A stretch of DNA of 64,000 nt from Patescibacteria group bacterium (GCA_041749335.1 JBGTBM010000010.1:142039-206038), one strand, 5' to 3'; positions 29,165 to 40,194 are shown, counted from the first letter of the stretch. The notes: generated from the sequence alone by a model not told the origin. Made by a program: numbers and translations.

Positions 29165-30244
29165 TTATAAATAATTTTTTTTATCTTTTTCCAATTTTTC
29201 CACAATCTTTTTTACATCTTGAGAGCGCCCCTTAGGACAAATGAGCAGCGCATCTTCGGTATCCACCACTACTATATCATCCAGGCCGATAGTCGCCACC
29301 ATTTTATTTTTTTGGCCGTAAATCAGGCATTGATTGGTATCCTCGCCGACCCAATCGCCGCGTATCACATTGCCGTTTTTATCCGCTTCCTTGCTCAACT
29401 GATCATGCAAAGCGTCCCAGGCGCCCAAATCGCTCCAGCCGAAATCGCCCTTGATAATCAAGACTTCGTCCGGGTCCATATTTTCCGTTACGGCATAATC
29501 AAAAGAAATTTTTCTGATTTTTTGATATTCTTCCTGAACTAAATTTTCATTATTATCATTTAAAGCTCGAACAATTATCTCCAGGTGCTTAAAAATATCC
29601 GGCGCGTATTTTTTAAAGCTTTCCAAAATCCGGCGCGCCGTCCACATATAGTAGCTGGCGTGCCATAAGTAGCTGCCTTCATGGATATATTTTTTCGCAA
29701 GCTCATAGCTCGGTTTTTCCACATGCTGTTCAAATTCAAATATTTCCACGCCGTCAATTTCCCGATATGCCTTGCCGATTTTGGTATAGCCCAAAGCGGT
29801 GCTGGGAAAATTAGGATTGATGGCGATATCCAGCATTTTTCCTTCTTGCCGAATTATCTCGTCCGCAATCTTGATTGATTGCAAAAATTTGTCGGTATTT
29901 CCAATATAATGGTCGGAGGGTATAAAAGCAATCGGCTCATCCGGTGCGGTTAAAAATAATTTGGCGGCCACGTATCCCATAGCGGCGGCGGTATCTCTTT
30001 TTTCCGGTTCGGCGATAATATTTTTTTGAGGAAGCTCCGGCAACAGCTTGCCGATTTCATCTTTGAATTCCAACGTGGTGGAAACATAAATATTATCTAC
30101 CGGATAATCACGATTGAAACGATTAAAAGTAACTTCCAGCATGGTGCTGTTGGTAATAATAGAGGTAAACTGCTTGGGCCGGCTACTGCGCGACATCGGC
30201 CAAAAGCGCGTGCCTTTCCCTCCCGCCATAATAACAATATTCAT
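29165..30244 (-). CDS. manC: Mannose-1-phosphate guanylyltransferase
   Basis: MAGGKGTRFWPMSR..PKQF, PSDH, SFDYAV, WSDLGAW. Confidence 0.9.
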   Translation of the reverse strand: MNIVIMAGGKGTRFWPMSRSSRPKQFTSIITNSTMLEVTFNRFNRDYPVDNIYVSTTLEFKDEIGKLLPELPQKNIIAEPEKRDTAAAMGYVAAKLFLTAPDEPIAFIPSDHYIGNTDKFLQSIKIADEIIRQEGKMLDIAINPNFPSTALGYTKIGKAYREIDGVEIFEFEQHVEKPSYELAKKYIHEGSYLWHASYYMWTARRILESFKKYAPDIFKHLEIIVRALNDNNENLVQEEYQKIRKISFDYAVTENMDPDEVLIIKGDFGWSDLGAWDALHDQLSKEADKNGNVIRGDWVGEDTNQCLIYGQKNKMVATIGLDDIVVVDTEDALLICPKGRSQDVKKIVEKLEKDKKNYL

Positions 30245-30319
30245 AGTAATAAAAGTTAATTGGTATTTTTAATTATAGACTACTATCATGATTTAAATAA
30301 TCCAATTTATCCACTGCCG

Positions 30320-30736
30320 CTATTCCCCGCTTAATTGGATAATAACTTTTCTGATTCTTTCCCGGTTATCAAAATCTATCAAAACCACTTGCTGCCAAGT
30401 CCCCAAAGCAAGTTTTCCTCCCAAAATCGGCACTGCCAAAGAAGTTCCGGTTACCGCTGAACGCAGATGCGAAAAGCCGTTGCCATCGCCCCATTTTTTA
30501 TCGTGATGATATTCTCGATTAGACGGAATATATTTTTCAAAATATTCTTTTAGATCTTTTATCAGCCCCGGTTCATATTCCATAGTAGTGACTCCGGCCG
30601 TAGAGCCCGCCACAAAAACCAAAGCTTGTCCGTTTTGAATTTTATTTTCCGCCAAAAAAGCGCTGATTTCAGAAGTTATATCCACCACATCGCAAAATCC
30701 CTTGGTTTGAATTTCAATTTCTTTTGTCTTATACAT
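30320..30736 (-). CDS. yjbQ: YjbQ/UPF0047 family protein
   Basis: GNGFSHL, LGTWQQVVLIDFD. Confidence 0.9.
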   Translation of the reverse strand: MYKTKEIEIQTKGFCDVVDITSEISAFLAENKIQNGQALVFVAGSTAGVTTMEYEPGLIKDLKEYFEKYIPSNREYHHDKKWGDGNGFSHLRSAVTGTSLAVPILGGKLALGTWQQVVLIDFDNRERIRKVIIQLSGE

Positions 30737-30823
30737 AATTTTTTTAGCGCTATATTTTGCTTGTTCTTTTTTATCTTGCGTTTTGCTTTCATTGTTTGTT
30801 CTTTTGTTTTTATGTTTTAATGG

Positions 30824-31891
30824 TTACTTTACTATTTCTTTTGGCCCTTCACCCACCTCATCATCAATATATTTTCGATCTTCACAATATTTTAACAAAT
30901 TGGCAAAGATAAACTTTTTTATTTTTCCCTTTTCGCTATGTGGATAAAGTACATGGACATTGGGTCCGGCGTCCAAAGTAAAACAAATATTAGCCTTGGT
31001 TCTCTCCCGATATTCCCTGATTTTATTGATAATATTAATCGTATTAGCCTCCATCAGTATAAAAGATGGATGCGAAGTCATCATCATCGCATGCAGGCTA
31101 AGCGCCTCTCTTTCCACAATGCTTCTAAATTCCTGGTGATTATTTTTTTGCATCGCTTGGATGATTTTAGTCGCATTTTCTTTGGCATCTTTGAATCTGA
31201 TTCGCGCGTAAGGATTTTTTTCCATCAAACTATGTCCCGCGCTGCTGGATATTTTTTTCTCCGCTGAAGAGACAATCAAAATGGTATCGCAATAGTTTTG
31301 ATAGCCGGCAAGTTTGCTTGATTTAAGCGGTATCGCATAATTATCCGAGGAATTATTTATTCCTTTGATTTTACCCCACAGAGCCGGTCCCCCGTAAACC
31401 GAGCGGCAGGCGCTGCCTGATCCCAAGCGGGCATAATAGGAAGCGCGCTGATAAAATTTATCCGGCTGGTGTTTTTTAGGAGGGTTTATTTTTTCGTCCA
31501 TTGAACAAAGGCATAAAGCCAGCGAACTATAAAAAGCCGCCGAAGATGCGATGCCCGCCGAATGGGGAAAAGTATTAATGCTCTCAATCTCCAAATGGTA
31601 ATTCTTTAAAAATTTGAAATCGTTTTGAATGCTTTTTAGATATATCCCGATTTTTTCCGCGAATTTTTGATTGCTTTTACCCATAAACTTCAACCCAAAA
31701 GATACACTTTTTTGCTTGGGACGATATTGGTATTTAACGATCGTATCGGTGTAAGATTTTTTTAAAGTAAAACTAAGCGAGGGATTCCGAGGCAGCTGGC
31801 GGCCGTATTTGCCCCAATATTTAACTAAAGCAATATTGGACGGACTCTGCCATCTCACCTTGCCGCTTGATTTTTGTAATTTTGGTTTCAT
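30824..31891 (-). CDS. mvaD: Diphosphomevalonate decarboxylase
   Basis: SNIALVKYWGK, GIASSA, GSGSACRS, FTLDAGPNVH. Confidence 0.93.
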   Translation of the reverse strand: MKPKLQKSSGKVRWQSPSNIALVKYWGKYGRQLPRNPSLSFTLKKSYTDTIVKYQYRPKQKSVSFGLKFMGKSNQKFAEKIGIYLKSIQNDFKFLKNYHLEIESINTFPHSAGIASSAAFYSSLALCLCSMDEKINPPKKHQPDKFYQRASYYARLGSGSACRSVYGGPALWGKIKGINNSSDNYAIPLKSSKLAGYQNYCDTILIVSSAEKKISSSAGHSLMEKNPYARIRFKDAKENATKIIQAMQKNNHQEFRSIVEREALSLHAMMMTSHPSFILMEANTINIINKIREYRERTKANICFTLDAGPNVHVLYPHSEKGKIKKFIFANLLKYCEDRKYIDDEVGEGPKEIVK

Positions 31892-32844
31892 TATTGTCGG
31901 TTTATAACTTTTTTAAATTGAGCAAAGTTTTGGTTAATTATCATATCATCAAATGCAAAAATTGTTTTGTATCCTCGGCACGAAAAATATTTAAGAGTTT
32001 TATTTTTAGCTTGGTTGGAGCAAACCAAAGCAAAATCTCCGCCCCATGCTCCCAGAGATTTTATCTCTCCGTCAAAATCTTTAAAAAGCCGCTCTTTAAT
32101 TTTCGTCCGCTGTAATATATTTGAAATTATTTCCTCATGCCGCGCCATACTGCGCATAAATTCTTTTGGGCTTTGAGTTTGAGCCATGATAGCCGTAAGC
32201 TTTGATATTTCCAAGATCAGAGCCGGTGTAATTTTTTTATTTTGCTTAAACTTTTTTACTTCTCTAGCGGAATCCTGCTTTTGATTTAAATATAAAAAAA
32301 ACAGCTGCTGCCTGAAGCGCGGCTTAAATTTTATCGTTCGGATATTATATTTTTTATTTTTCAGCTCATAAATAAGTGGCGAGGCAGACCGCGCGCAGGC
32401 GATATCATAGCCTGAACCGCCGGCAACTTTAAAAAAGAGCTTAAAGGGATCAACGCCTGCCCAATAAGCAATATTAGAAATTAATGTTGAGCTGCTGCCC
32501 AATCCCCAATTCCGATCAAAATTAAGGTTCGTGGATATCTGATAGCGGCAGCTGCGGTCAAAAAAGTCAGGATTCATTTTATAAGCCGCCCTCACAATAG
32601 AAAATAGTTTTTTCGCCTTATTAGGATCGCTGCTGGAAATAATTTTAAAGTTATGATCAAAAATTATTTTTATCCACGGCTTTCCCTGCTGGAAACTTTG
32701 CCAGCTATTTTGAAGATTTGCGCTTAACTTAACTCCCAGCGACTGGCCAAAAGCTACCGGCAGCGCCAAGGCCTTAGCACCCCGTAAAACCAAATATTCA
32801 CCCGTGATTAATAGCTTCCCGTTAGAATAATATTGGGAATACAT
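31891..32844 (-). CDS. GYDIA-family GHMP kinase (mevalonate-pathway kinase)
   Basis: GKLLITGEY, WGLGSSS, GSGYDIACA, KSLGAWGGDF. Confidence 0.88.
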   Translation of the reverse strand: MYSQYYSNGKLLITGEYLVLRGAKALALPVAFGQSLGVKLSANLQNSWQSFQQGKPWIKIIFDHNFKIISSSDPNKAKKLFSIVRAAYKMNPDFFDRSCRYQISTNLNFDRNWGLGSSSTLISNIAYWAGVDPFKLFFKVAGGSGYDIACARSASPLIYELKNKKYNIRTIKFKPRFRQQLFFLYLNQKQDSAREVKKFKQNKKITPALILEISKLTAIMAQTQSPKEFMRSMARHEEIISNILQRTKIKERLFKDFDGEIKSLGAWGGDFALVCSNQAKNKTLKYFSCRGYKTIFAFDDMIINQNFAQFKKVINRQ

Positions 32845-32854
32845 AAATTGTTAA

Positions 32855-33553
32855 TTATTTGCCAAAGCGTCGCTGGCGCCGGCTATATTCCTCTATCGCC
32901 TTATCCAGCTCCGAACCGTCAAAATCCGGCCACAGCACTTCCGTAAAATACAGCTCGGAATATGTTGATTGCCAGGTAAGAAAATTGCTTAACCTTAACT
33001 CGCCCCCGGTGCGGATCACCAAATCCGGATCAGAATCTCCCCGGGTATATAAGTATCGTGCAATTATTTCTTCGCTGATTTCTTCCGGTTTTTTGTTTTC
33101 TTTAATCAGATTGCGGCAGGCGCGCGCAATCTCCGCCCGACCGCCATAATTTAGCGCAATATTCAAATTTATCCGACTGCAATTTTTGAGATAATCCACA
33201 GTCTTGTTTATTTCTTCCTGCAAATCTTGAGGGAAATAGCTTAAATCGCCCAATATTTTTAATTTTGCTCCAAGTTTATGCAGTTTTTTTCTTTTGCTTT
33301 TAATAAAATATTTCAGCAGATACATTAAATCTTTAATCTCCTGCGGATCACGATGCCTGTTTTCAGAAGAAAAAGCGTAAGCGGTTATAGACTTAACGCC
33401 CCAATACCCGGCTCGATCAATTACTTTTTCCAAAGCCAAAGCTCCATTGCGATGGCCTTCTATTTTCGGCAAGCCTTTGCCCTTAGCCCAGCGCCGATTG
33501 CCGTCCATAATTAAAGCGATATGCGCGGGAATTTTTAAATTATTTTTATCCAT
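32855..33553 (-). CDS. uppS: Undecaprenyl diphosphate synthase
   Basis: HIALIMDGNRRW, AFSSEN, RTGGELRLSNF, RRFG. Confidence 0.96.
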   Translation of the reverse strand: MDKNNLKIPAHIALIMDGNRRWAKGKGLPKIEGHRNGALALEKVIDRAGYWGVKSITAYAFSSENRHRDPQEIKDLMYLLKYFIKSKRKKLHKLGAKLKILGDLSYFPQDLQEEINKTVDYLKNCSRINLNIALNYGGRAEIARACRNLIKENKKPEEISEEIIARYLYTRGDSDPDLVIRTGGELRLSNFLTWQSTYSELYFTEVLWPDFDGSELDKAIEEYSRRQRRFGK

Positions 33554-33640
33554 ATGAATATTTTTAGTTCAAAATATTGCGATTATCGTTGCATCAATAA
33601 TAAATAGCAATCGCTATTTTCATCAATTTTTTGACAATTT

Positions 33641-34570
33641 TTATTTCTTTTCTGCCATGACATATTTATATGCGCTGGTAGCTGCCACCGCCCCTTCCGC
33701 CGCCGCTGTGATAATTTGATCCAACTCACAGAATCCCGAAGTAATATCTCCGGCCGCATAAACCCCCGAGATATTTGTTTCGCATCTGTTATTAATTTTA
33801 ATCATATTTCTCTCATCGGTCTCCACTCCAATTCCCTGCGCCAAGCTTACCGCCGGCACCGCCCCAATTTCAACAAAAACCCCGCTTACCGCCAAATCCT
33901 TTTTTCCATTATGCTCTTTATCTAATTGGATGGATTTGACTACATTTTCACCGTTTATCTTAATGACATTGGTATTTCTGATTATTTCAATTTTTTTGTG
34001 ATTTTCTGCGCGATCTACCCAGATTGGCTCAGCCCGTAAATTTTCTTTGCGATATATAAGATAGATTTTGGCAGCATGCTGAGCTAAAAGCAAAGCCGCC
34101 GTTACCGCTGCGTCGCTGCCGCCAATTACCGCTACTTCCCGATCTTTGAAAAAGGTGGAGTCGCAGGTTGCGCAATACGATATTCCTTTGCCCAAAAATT
34201 CTTTTTCTCCCGGAATATTTAATTTGCGCCTTTCGGTGCCTAGCGCCAAAATTAATGTTTTGCCTAAATATTTTTTTTCCCTAAGATAAACCTGATAGAT
34301 TTTTTTATCCGGCAGAAATTCAATTTTTCTGACTTCATCAGTCACTTTTTCAACCGGATAATCCGCCAAATGTTTTATGAACTGCTCTCCTAATTCGCTG
34401 CCGGTTATTTTAGAAATCCCGGGCCAGTTTTCCACCATATGCGCCTGCGTACATGTTCCGCCATACTGCTTGGCAATAATGCATGTCTCAAGTCTGTACC
34501 TGGCCGCGTAAATTCCGGCTGCAATCCCCGCCGGCCCGCCGCCAATGATAACCGTATCAAATATTTTCAT
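33641..34570 (-). CDS. trxB: Thioredoxin reductase
   Basis: GGGPAG, CATCD, GVYAAGD. Confidence 0.9.
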   Translation of the reverse strand: MKIFDTVIIGGGPAGIAAGIYAARYRLETCIIAKQYGGTCTQAHMVENWPGISKITGSELGEQFIKHLADYPVEKVTDEVRKIEFLPDKKIYQVYLREKKYLGKTLILALGTERRKLNIPGEKEFLGKGISYCATCDSTFFKDREVAVIGGSDAAVTAALLLAQHAAKIYLIYRKENLRAEPIWVDRAENHKKIEIIRNTNVIKINGENVVKSIQLDKEHNGKKDLAVSGVFVEIGAVPAVSLAQGIGVETDERNMIKINNRCETNISGVYAAGDITSGFCELDQIITAAAEGAVAATSAYKYVMAEKK

Positions 34571-34632
34571 AAGATAATATTAATTTATATGATATAAATA
34601 TATCACTAATTTTTTATTAATCAATTTATATT

Positions 34633-36096
34633 TTATGCCCTTTTTAAGTATTCAAATACCGTTTTTTTACTAGGCTCTTTTTTATTTTCAGAAATATAGT
34701 TAAAAATAAATTCGTCGGCCCGGGCTAAAATTTTTCCCACCTCGGGCCCCGGCTTAATATTATATTTTTTCATAATGTCCCGACCGGATATTACATGCCG
34801 GAAAGTTTCTACCTGTGATTCTACAAAAGCTTTTCTGGTATCTTCAATATATTTTTTTACTTCCTGGTATCTTTGCAAATTTTCCGGCTGAAATTCGTTT
34901 TCCGACGACAAAACATCAACGCGGTATAATTCCAATAAATTATCTCCTCGGCGCGGATCGTCAATAAAATACTTTTTTAAAGTGGCAGTGCGCATTTCTT
35001 CCACTTTGCCCGCCACAAAAAGCATATGATTTCTGACCAGCCACACAACATGTTCGGTTAAATTCTTAGAAAATCTTAATCGGCGGCAAATTTCAGCAGC
35101 CATATCGGCTCCAATATCCGTATGTTCATCAAATCTGATTCGATCCACCCCGTCTTTTTCCGGAGTTTTTATCGTACTCGGCTTGCCGATATCATGAAAT
35201 AATAATCCCAAAATAAGCTCAATTGGAGCATCCGCGGGGATATTATCCATACATATTCCGGTATGCACAAAAACATCCCCCTCCCGATGATATTCCTCCG
35301 GCTGTTTTACATTTTTCATCGCCTCAATCTCGGGTATTAATATTTTAAAAATTCCGCTCTGGTTAAATAATGAATAGCTTTTTACCGGATCGGCCGAAAA
35401 AGCTTTTAAAAATTCCGCAGAAATTATTTCCAAGGGCACTATCGAGCTTAATTTTCCTTTTAGTTCTCGCTCCTTTAATATTTTTGGCGCTAGTTTTTTT
35501 ATTTGTCTCCAAGCCCTCAAAGATATTTCAAAATCGAGCTGTGCCGAAAATCTTAATGCCCGCAATATTCTGGAATAGTCTTCATTAAATCGGGCAGCGG
35601 GACTGCCGACGGTATCGATAATCTTTTTTTTGATATCGCCTATTCCATTAAAGGGATCAATTAATTTGCCGGACTTGATATTTAGAGCCATGGCATTAAT
35701 GGTAAAATCCCTGCGGGATAAATCTTCTTTAATCGGAAGATCAGGATCCGACTGGACAGTAAAATCTTTATAGCCTACTCCGGTTGAAATTTCCGTACGC
35801 GGAAGTGCGATATCAAATGGCTGGATAAATTTTGATTGATGCGGTTTAAATTTAAAAACGCCAAAATTGCGGCCCACCAAGCTAACCCAGCCTCTTTTTT
35901 CTAAAAATGCCTTTAAATCTTTAGGCTTTATTTTTCTAACGACAAAATCATAATCTTTAGACTTTCTTTTAAGTATTTCATCTCTGATCATCCCTCCGAC
36001 TAAATAAACTTCGCAGTCGGGAAACTCCTTAAATAATTCATAAATAAAAGAAAACGATTTACCGCCGCTAATTTTATCAAGAAATTTTGTAAACAT
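34633..36096 (-). CDS. cca: CCA-adding tRNA nucleotidyltransferase with HD domain
   Basis: VGGMIRD..DYD, RRDFTINAMA, EDYSRILRALRF, HDIGK. None of the tRNA genes here encode CCA. Confidence 0.88.
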   Translation of the reverse strand: MFTKFLDKISGGKSFSFIYELFKEFPDCEVYLVGGMIRDEILKRKSKDYDFVVRKIKPKDLKAFLEKRGWVSLVGRNFGVFKFKPHQSKFIQPFDIALPRTEISTGVGYKDFTVQSDPDLPIKEDLSRRDFTINAMALNIKSGKLIDPFNGIGDIKKKIIDTVGSPAARFNEDYSRILRALRFSAQLDFEISLRAWRQIKKLAPKILKERELKGKLSSIVPLEIISAEFLKAFSADPVKSYSLFNQSGIFKILIPEIEAMKNVKQPEEYHREGDVFVHTGICMDNIPADAPIELILGLLFHDIGKPSTIKTPEKDGVDRIRFDEHTDIGADMAAEICRRLRFSKNLTEHVVWLVRNHMLFVAGKVEEMRTATLKKYFIDDPRRGDNLLELYRVDVLSSENEFQPENLQRYQEVKKYIEDTRKAFVESQVETFRHVISGRDIMKKYNIKPGPEVGKILARADEFIFNYISENKKEPSKKTVFEYLKRA

Positions 36097-36178
36097 TATT
36101 TTATATTTTTTAAGTATAAAAATATTAGCACTTCTTGCCATTTTAATCAATTTATAGTAGAATAAGTCAGATAAATTT

Positions 36179-38359
36179 ATGAATATTGAGTCAATAATTA
36201 AGAAAATTAAAAAAAATAATCCTCAGGCCGATAGCAATAGGATTAGAGCGGCTTATAATTTTGCTAAAGTAAAACATCAGGGACAAAAAAGAAAGTCGGG
36301 TGAAAAATACATAGTACACCCGCTTTTTGTTACTGATTTCTTATCCCAGTTCAATTTTAATACTGAAACTTATATCGCCGCCCTATTGCATGACACCGTT
36401 GAGGATACTGATGCGGATCTTGAAGTCATTAAAAATAAATTCGGCGAAGAAGTGGCTTTTCTGGTTAGCGGCGTCACCAAGCTTAAACGCTTAAAAGGAA
36501 AATTGGTCACCAGAGAAAGTTTGCAAAACTATTCCATGGAAAATCTGCGTAAAATGTTTTTGGCAATGGCAGAAGATATTCGCGTGGTATTGATAAAATT
36601 ATCCGACCGCCTACATAATATTAAAACTCTGGAGGCCAAAGAAACGCAGGATCGAAAAAGAATTGCTCAAGAAACCATTGAAATATACGCGCCCTTAGCC
36701 AATCGCCTGGGAATGGGCGAAATCAAAGGACAGCTGGAAGATTACTCTTTCCCGCACTTATATCCGGAAGAGTACAAAAATATCAAACGGCTCTATGCTA
36801 AAGAAATAAACATTAGAAAAAGCTATATCAATAAAGCCAAAAGGCAAATAAGAAAATTAATGAATGAGCATGGCATTGAAGTATTGGATATTCATGGCCG
36901 CGCCAAACATCTTTATAGCTTATATAAAAAATTGCAGCGTTACGATAATAATATTAAGAATATTTATGATCTTTTTGCCATCAGAGTAATTGTAAAAAAT
37001 GTATCGGATTGCTATGAAGTCCTGGGTTTAATTCATCAAAATTGGAAACCGCTTATTGGCCGAATTAAAGATTATATTTCTCTTCCCAAAACCAACGGTT
37101 ATCAATCCTTACACACTACCGTACTTACCTCCGACGGTGAAATATTGGAAATTCAAATCAGAACCCCGAAAATGCACGAAGAAGCGGAATATGGAATTGC
37201 CGCGCACTGGCAGTATGAAGAATCGGGAAAATCCAAAGACAATGCTAAAGCTGCAAATGAAAAACTTCTCTGGATCAGCCAGCTTATCAATTGGCAGAAA
37301 GAAATGTCTTCCAGTGACACCGGCGAAAAGTTTTTGGAATCATTGAAGATTGATGTTTTTAAAGACAGAATCTTTTCATTTACGCCTAAAGGGAAAATTA
37401 TTGATTTGCCCGATGGAGCCACTCCGATTGATTTTGCCTATAACATCCATAGCGATATTGGAAACCATTGCCGACAAGTAAAAGTAAATGACAAAATAGT
37501 CCCGCTAGATTATAAGCTGGTTAATGGCGACCGCGTAAAAATTATTACTGACAATAAAATTACTCCCAGCCGAGACTGGCTTGATTTTGTTAAAACCAAC
37601 AATGCCAGAAATCAAATCAAAGCATTTTATAAAAAATTAGACCGTTCTTATAATATTGAATTGGGGCGCAAAATATTAAATTCCAAATTGCAGGAATATG
37701 AAAATAAAAATATTGAAAAAATACCCAAAAGTAAAATCAATAAATTATTACAGAAATTCGGATTGGCCAAATTGGATGATTTGCTGGTGCAAATAGCCTT
37801 GGGTGAAATAAGATCAAGGCAGGTTATGCGCGAAATTTTCCAAGAAAAAGACATTATTAGGCCCTATGCGAAGAAAATATTTTCTCTTTTTGGTAATAAC
37901 AAGGAGGATTTAATCGCTACCATCGAAGGGCAAAGCGGTTTTTTAACCAATATCGCCAAATGCTGCAACCCCTCCAAAAATGATAAGATTAAAGCTTATA
38001 TTACCAGATCTAAAGGCGCGAGCATCCATAGGGCCGATTGTAAAGAATTGACCAAAAATAAAGATGGCCGCGTAGTTAATGCTTCCTGGCAATCCGGACA
38101 TATCGGCATAGTAATGATTAAGATCGATACACTCAACCGAGTAGGGATGCTGCGCGACCTAACCGAAGCAATTTCAAAAAACGACATTAACATCAAAGAC
38201 GTCAGGTCATCCGACAGCATTAAAAAGGATTTAGTTAATATTCAATTCAGTATAGAAATAAAAAACCTCGATCAATTGTTTAATTTATTGAACGAGATTA
38301 GAAAAATTGATGGAGTAATAAATATAAAGAGAAAAACTATAATGCCACTATCCTTCTGA
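36179..38359 (+). CDS. rel: Bifunctional (p)ppGpp synthetase/hydrolase
   Basis: ALLHDTVED, GRAKHLYS, NGYQSLHT, EIQIRT, TGS, CC and ACT domains. Confidence 0.95.
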   Translation: MNIESIIKKIKKNNPQADSNRIRAAYNFAKVKHQGQKRKSGEKYIVHPLFVTDFLSQFNFNTETYIAALLHDTVEDTDADLEVIKNKFGEEVAFLVSGVTKLKRLKGKLVTRESLQNYSMENLRKMFLAMAEDIRVVLIKLSDRLHNIKTLEAKETQDRKRIAQETIEIYAPLANRLGMGEIKGQLEDYSFPHLYPEEYKNIKRLYAKEINIRKSYINKAKRQIRKLMNEHGIEVLDIHGRAKHLYSLYKKLQRYDNNIKNIYDLFAIRVIVKNVSDCYEVLGLIHQNWKPLIGRIKDYISLPKTNGYQSLHTTVLTSDGEILEIQIRTPKMHEEAEYGIAAHWQYEESGKSKDNAKAANEKLLWISQLINWQKEMSSSDTGEKFLESLKIDVFKDRIFSFTPKGKIIDLPDGATPIDFAYNIHSDIGNHCRQVKVNDKIVPLDYKLVNGDRVKIITDNKITPSRDWLDFVKTNNARNQIKAFYKKLDRSYNIELGRKILNSKLQEYENKNIEKIPKSKINKLLQKFGLAKLDDLLVQIALGEIRSRQVMREIFQEKDIIRPYAKKIFSLFGNNKEDLIATIEGQSGFLTNIAKCCNPSKNDKIKAYITRSKGASIHRADCKELTKNKDGRVVNASWQSGHIGIVMIKIDTLNRVGMLRDLTEAISKNDINIKDVRSSDSIKKDLVNIQFSIEIKNLDQLFNLLNEIRKIDGVINIKRKTIMPLSF

Positions 38360-39202
38360 TATTTTACTGATTATCTCTCCCAATTCACTATCAGAATAAT
38401 AATTAATAATTATTTTACCTCTCTTCCCTTTGTTTTTGATTTCAACTTTTGTTCCCAGCGCTTGCCGCAAAGTTTCCTCATATCCTACAATGCGGGGATT
38501 GTTAATCTTTAGTTTATCTTTCCTTATTTTCTTATTATTAACTTTATTTTCAGTATCTTTGACGGTTAAACTGCTGCTAATAATTTTATTAAAAAGCTGC
38601 CTCTGATCCGCTTCGTTTTTTAGCCCCATAATCAGCTTGGCATGGCCCATGGTAATTTTATTGATTGCCAGCGCTTTCTGAATCTCATCTGGTAAAGATA
38701 AAATCCGCAAAATATTCGCGATTCCCGATCGGCTTTTTCCAACTTTTTTGGCAATTTGCTCCTGATTCAAATTAAATTCGCTCATTAACCTCTCGTACGA
38801 CATAGCTTCCTCGACCGGATTTAAATTTTCTCTCTGTACATTTTCTACAATTGCCACTTCTAATTTTTGCTGGTCAGATGCCGTCCTTATTACCACCGGA
38901 ACTTTATTAAGACCCGCCATTTTTGCCGCCCGCAGCCTTCTTTCTCCGGCTAATACCTCGTATTGATTGGATTTATTTTTGGAAACCACCAGCGGCTGAA
39001 TTACCCCGTGCACCTTGATTGACTGGGCCAATTCATTTAGTAATTCCTGGTTAAATTCTTTCCGAGGTTGATGAGGATTCGGAATAATATCAGTTAATTC
39101 TAATTCAATAATTCCTCTTTCTATTTTTTCTTCATTGGTAATTTTTTTTGGTCTTTGGGGAATAAGCGACTCAAGCCCCCTGCCCAATCCTTTTTTTGCC
39201 AT
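38348..39202 (-). CDS. parB: Chromosome partitioning protein ParB
   Basis: GLGRGL, NPHQPR, AGERRLRA, ENVQRENL. Confidence 0.96.
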   Translation of the reverse strand: MAKKGLGRGLESLIPQRPKKITNEEKIERGIIELELTDIIPNPHQPRKEFNQELLNELAQSIKVHGVIQPLVVSKNKSNQYEVLAGERRLRAAKMAGLNKVPVVIRTASDQQKLEVAIVENVQRENLNPVEEAMSYERLMSEFNLNQEQIAKKVGKSRSGIANILRILSLPDEIQKALAINKITMGHAKLIMGLKNEADQRQLFNKIISSSLTVKDTENKVNNKKIRKDKLKINNPRIVGYEETLRQALGTKVEIKNKGKRGKIIINYYSDSELGEIISKISEG

Positions 39203-39203
39203 A

Positions 39204-39977
39204 TTATAATAAATTATATGCTTTCAAAAATTCTACTGCTAATTTTCTGTATGCTTTTGATCCGCTTGATCTCTTGGCGTGTTCAATAATGGCCGTACCG
39301 AAAGACGGCGCTTCTGCCAAATCAACATTGCGAGGTATAATCGTGTCAAAAACCTTATAGGGAAAATGCTCTCTTACTTGTTCTACCACCTCTGTGGATA
39401 ATTTAATTCTTTTATGATACATGGTCAGTAATGCCCCCAGCACCTTAAGATTGGGCTGCAGGCTATTTTTAACTAATTCAATCGTATTTAAAAGCTGTCC
39501 TAATCCTTCTAGCGCGTAATATTCGCACTGAACCGGAATCAATACCTCGTCAGAAGCCACCAAGCTATTTAAAGTAAGCAGGCCCAAACTTGGCGGACAA
39601 TCAATCAGAATAAAATCATAATCATTTCTTAACTCCAATAAAGCTTCTTTTAATTTATATTCTCTATTTTCAGCTTCAACCAATTCAATGTTGGCGCCGG
39701 AAAGATCCTGGCTGGAAGGAATTATATTTAAGCCCTGAATACTTGTCGCATAAGTTACTTCCGCGGAAGATTTAGCTTTAACCAATAAATCATAAACGCC
39801 GCGATTGCCATTTGCTTCAGTATTTACGCCTAAGCCGCTGGACGCATTGCCTTGCGGATCAAAATCTACCAATAAAATAAATTTTCCCAAACTAGCCAAT
39901 GCCGCGCCCAAATTAATTGCGGTTGTGGTTTTACCGGTTCCACCCTTTTGATTTACGATAGAAATTACTCGAGCCAT
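39204..39977 (-). CDS. parA: Chromosome partitioning ATPase ParA/Soj
   Basis: NQKGGTGKTT, DPQGN, DCPPSLG. Start set at MARVISI. Confidence 0.96.
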   Translation of the reverse strand: MARVISIVNQKGGTGKTTTAINLGAALASLGKFILLVDFDPQGNASSGLGVNTEANGNRGVYDLLVKAKSSAEVTYATSIQGLNIIPSSQDLSGANIELVEAENREYKLKEALLELRNDYDFILIDCPPSLGLLTLNSLVASDEVLIPVQCEYYALEGLGQLLNTIELVKNSLQPNLKVLGALLTMYHKRIKLSTEVVEQVREHFPYKVFDTIIPRNVDLAEAPSFGTAIIEHAKRSSGSKAYRKLAVEFLKAYNLL

Positions 39978-40111
39978 TTTATTATTGCGATTTATTATAT
40001 ATTCTAATAAATATATCAACGGGTCAAGAGAAATTGACAAGCGCTAAAACAAAATTTATAATAACAGCATTGTTTAATTGTTGATTCCAGCCGAACTGCC
40101 CAATTTTTTGT

Positions 40112-40194
40112 GCCGATGTGGCGGAACTGGCATACGCGTGCGACTCAAAATCGCATGGACTTTGTCCATGTGGGTTCGACTCCCACCATCGGCA
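40112..40194 (+). tRNA. tRNA-Leu(CAA)
   Basis: Cloverleaf with long variable arm; anticodon arm TGCGA-CTCAAAA-TCGCA. Confidence 0.95.

Noticed and set aside
40088-40101. agccgaactgccc upstream of tRNA-Leu, resembling its D-arm
   Set aside because: Too short and mismatched to call another shadow tRNA.
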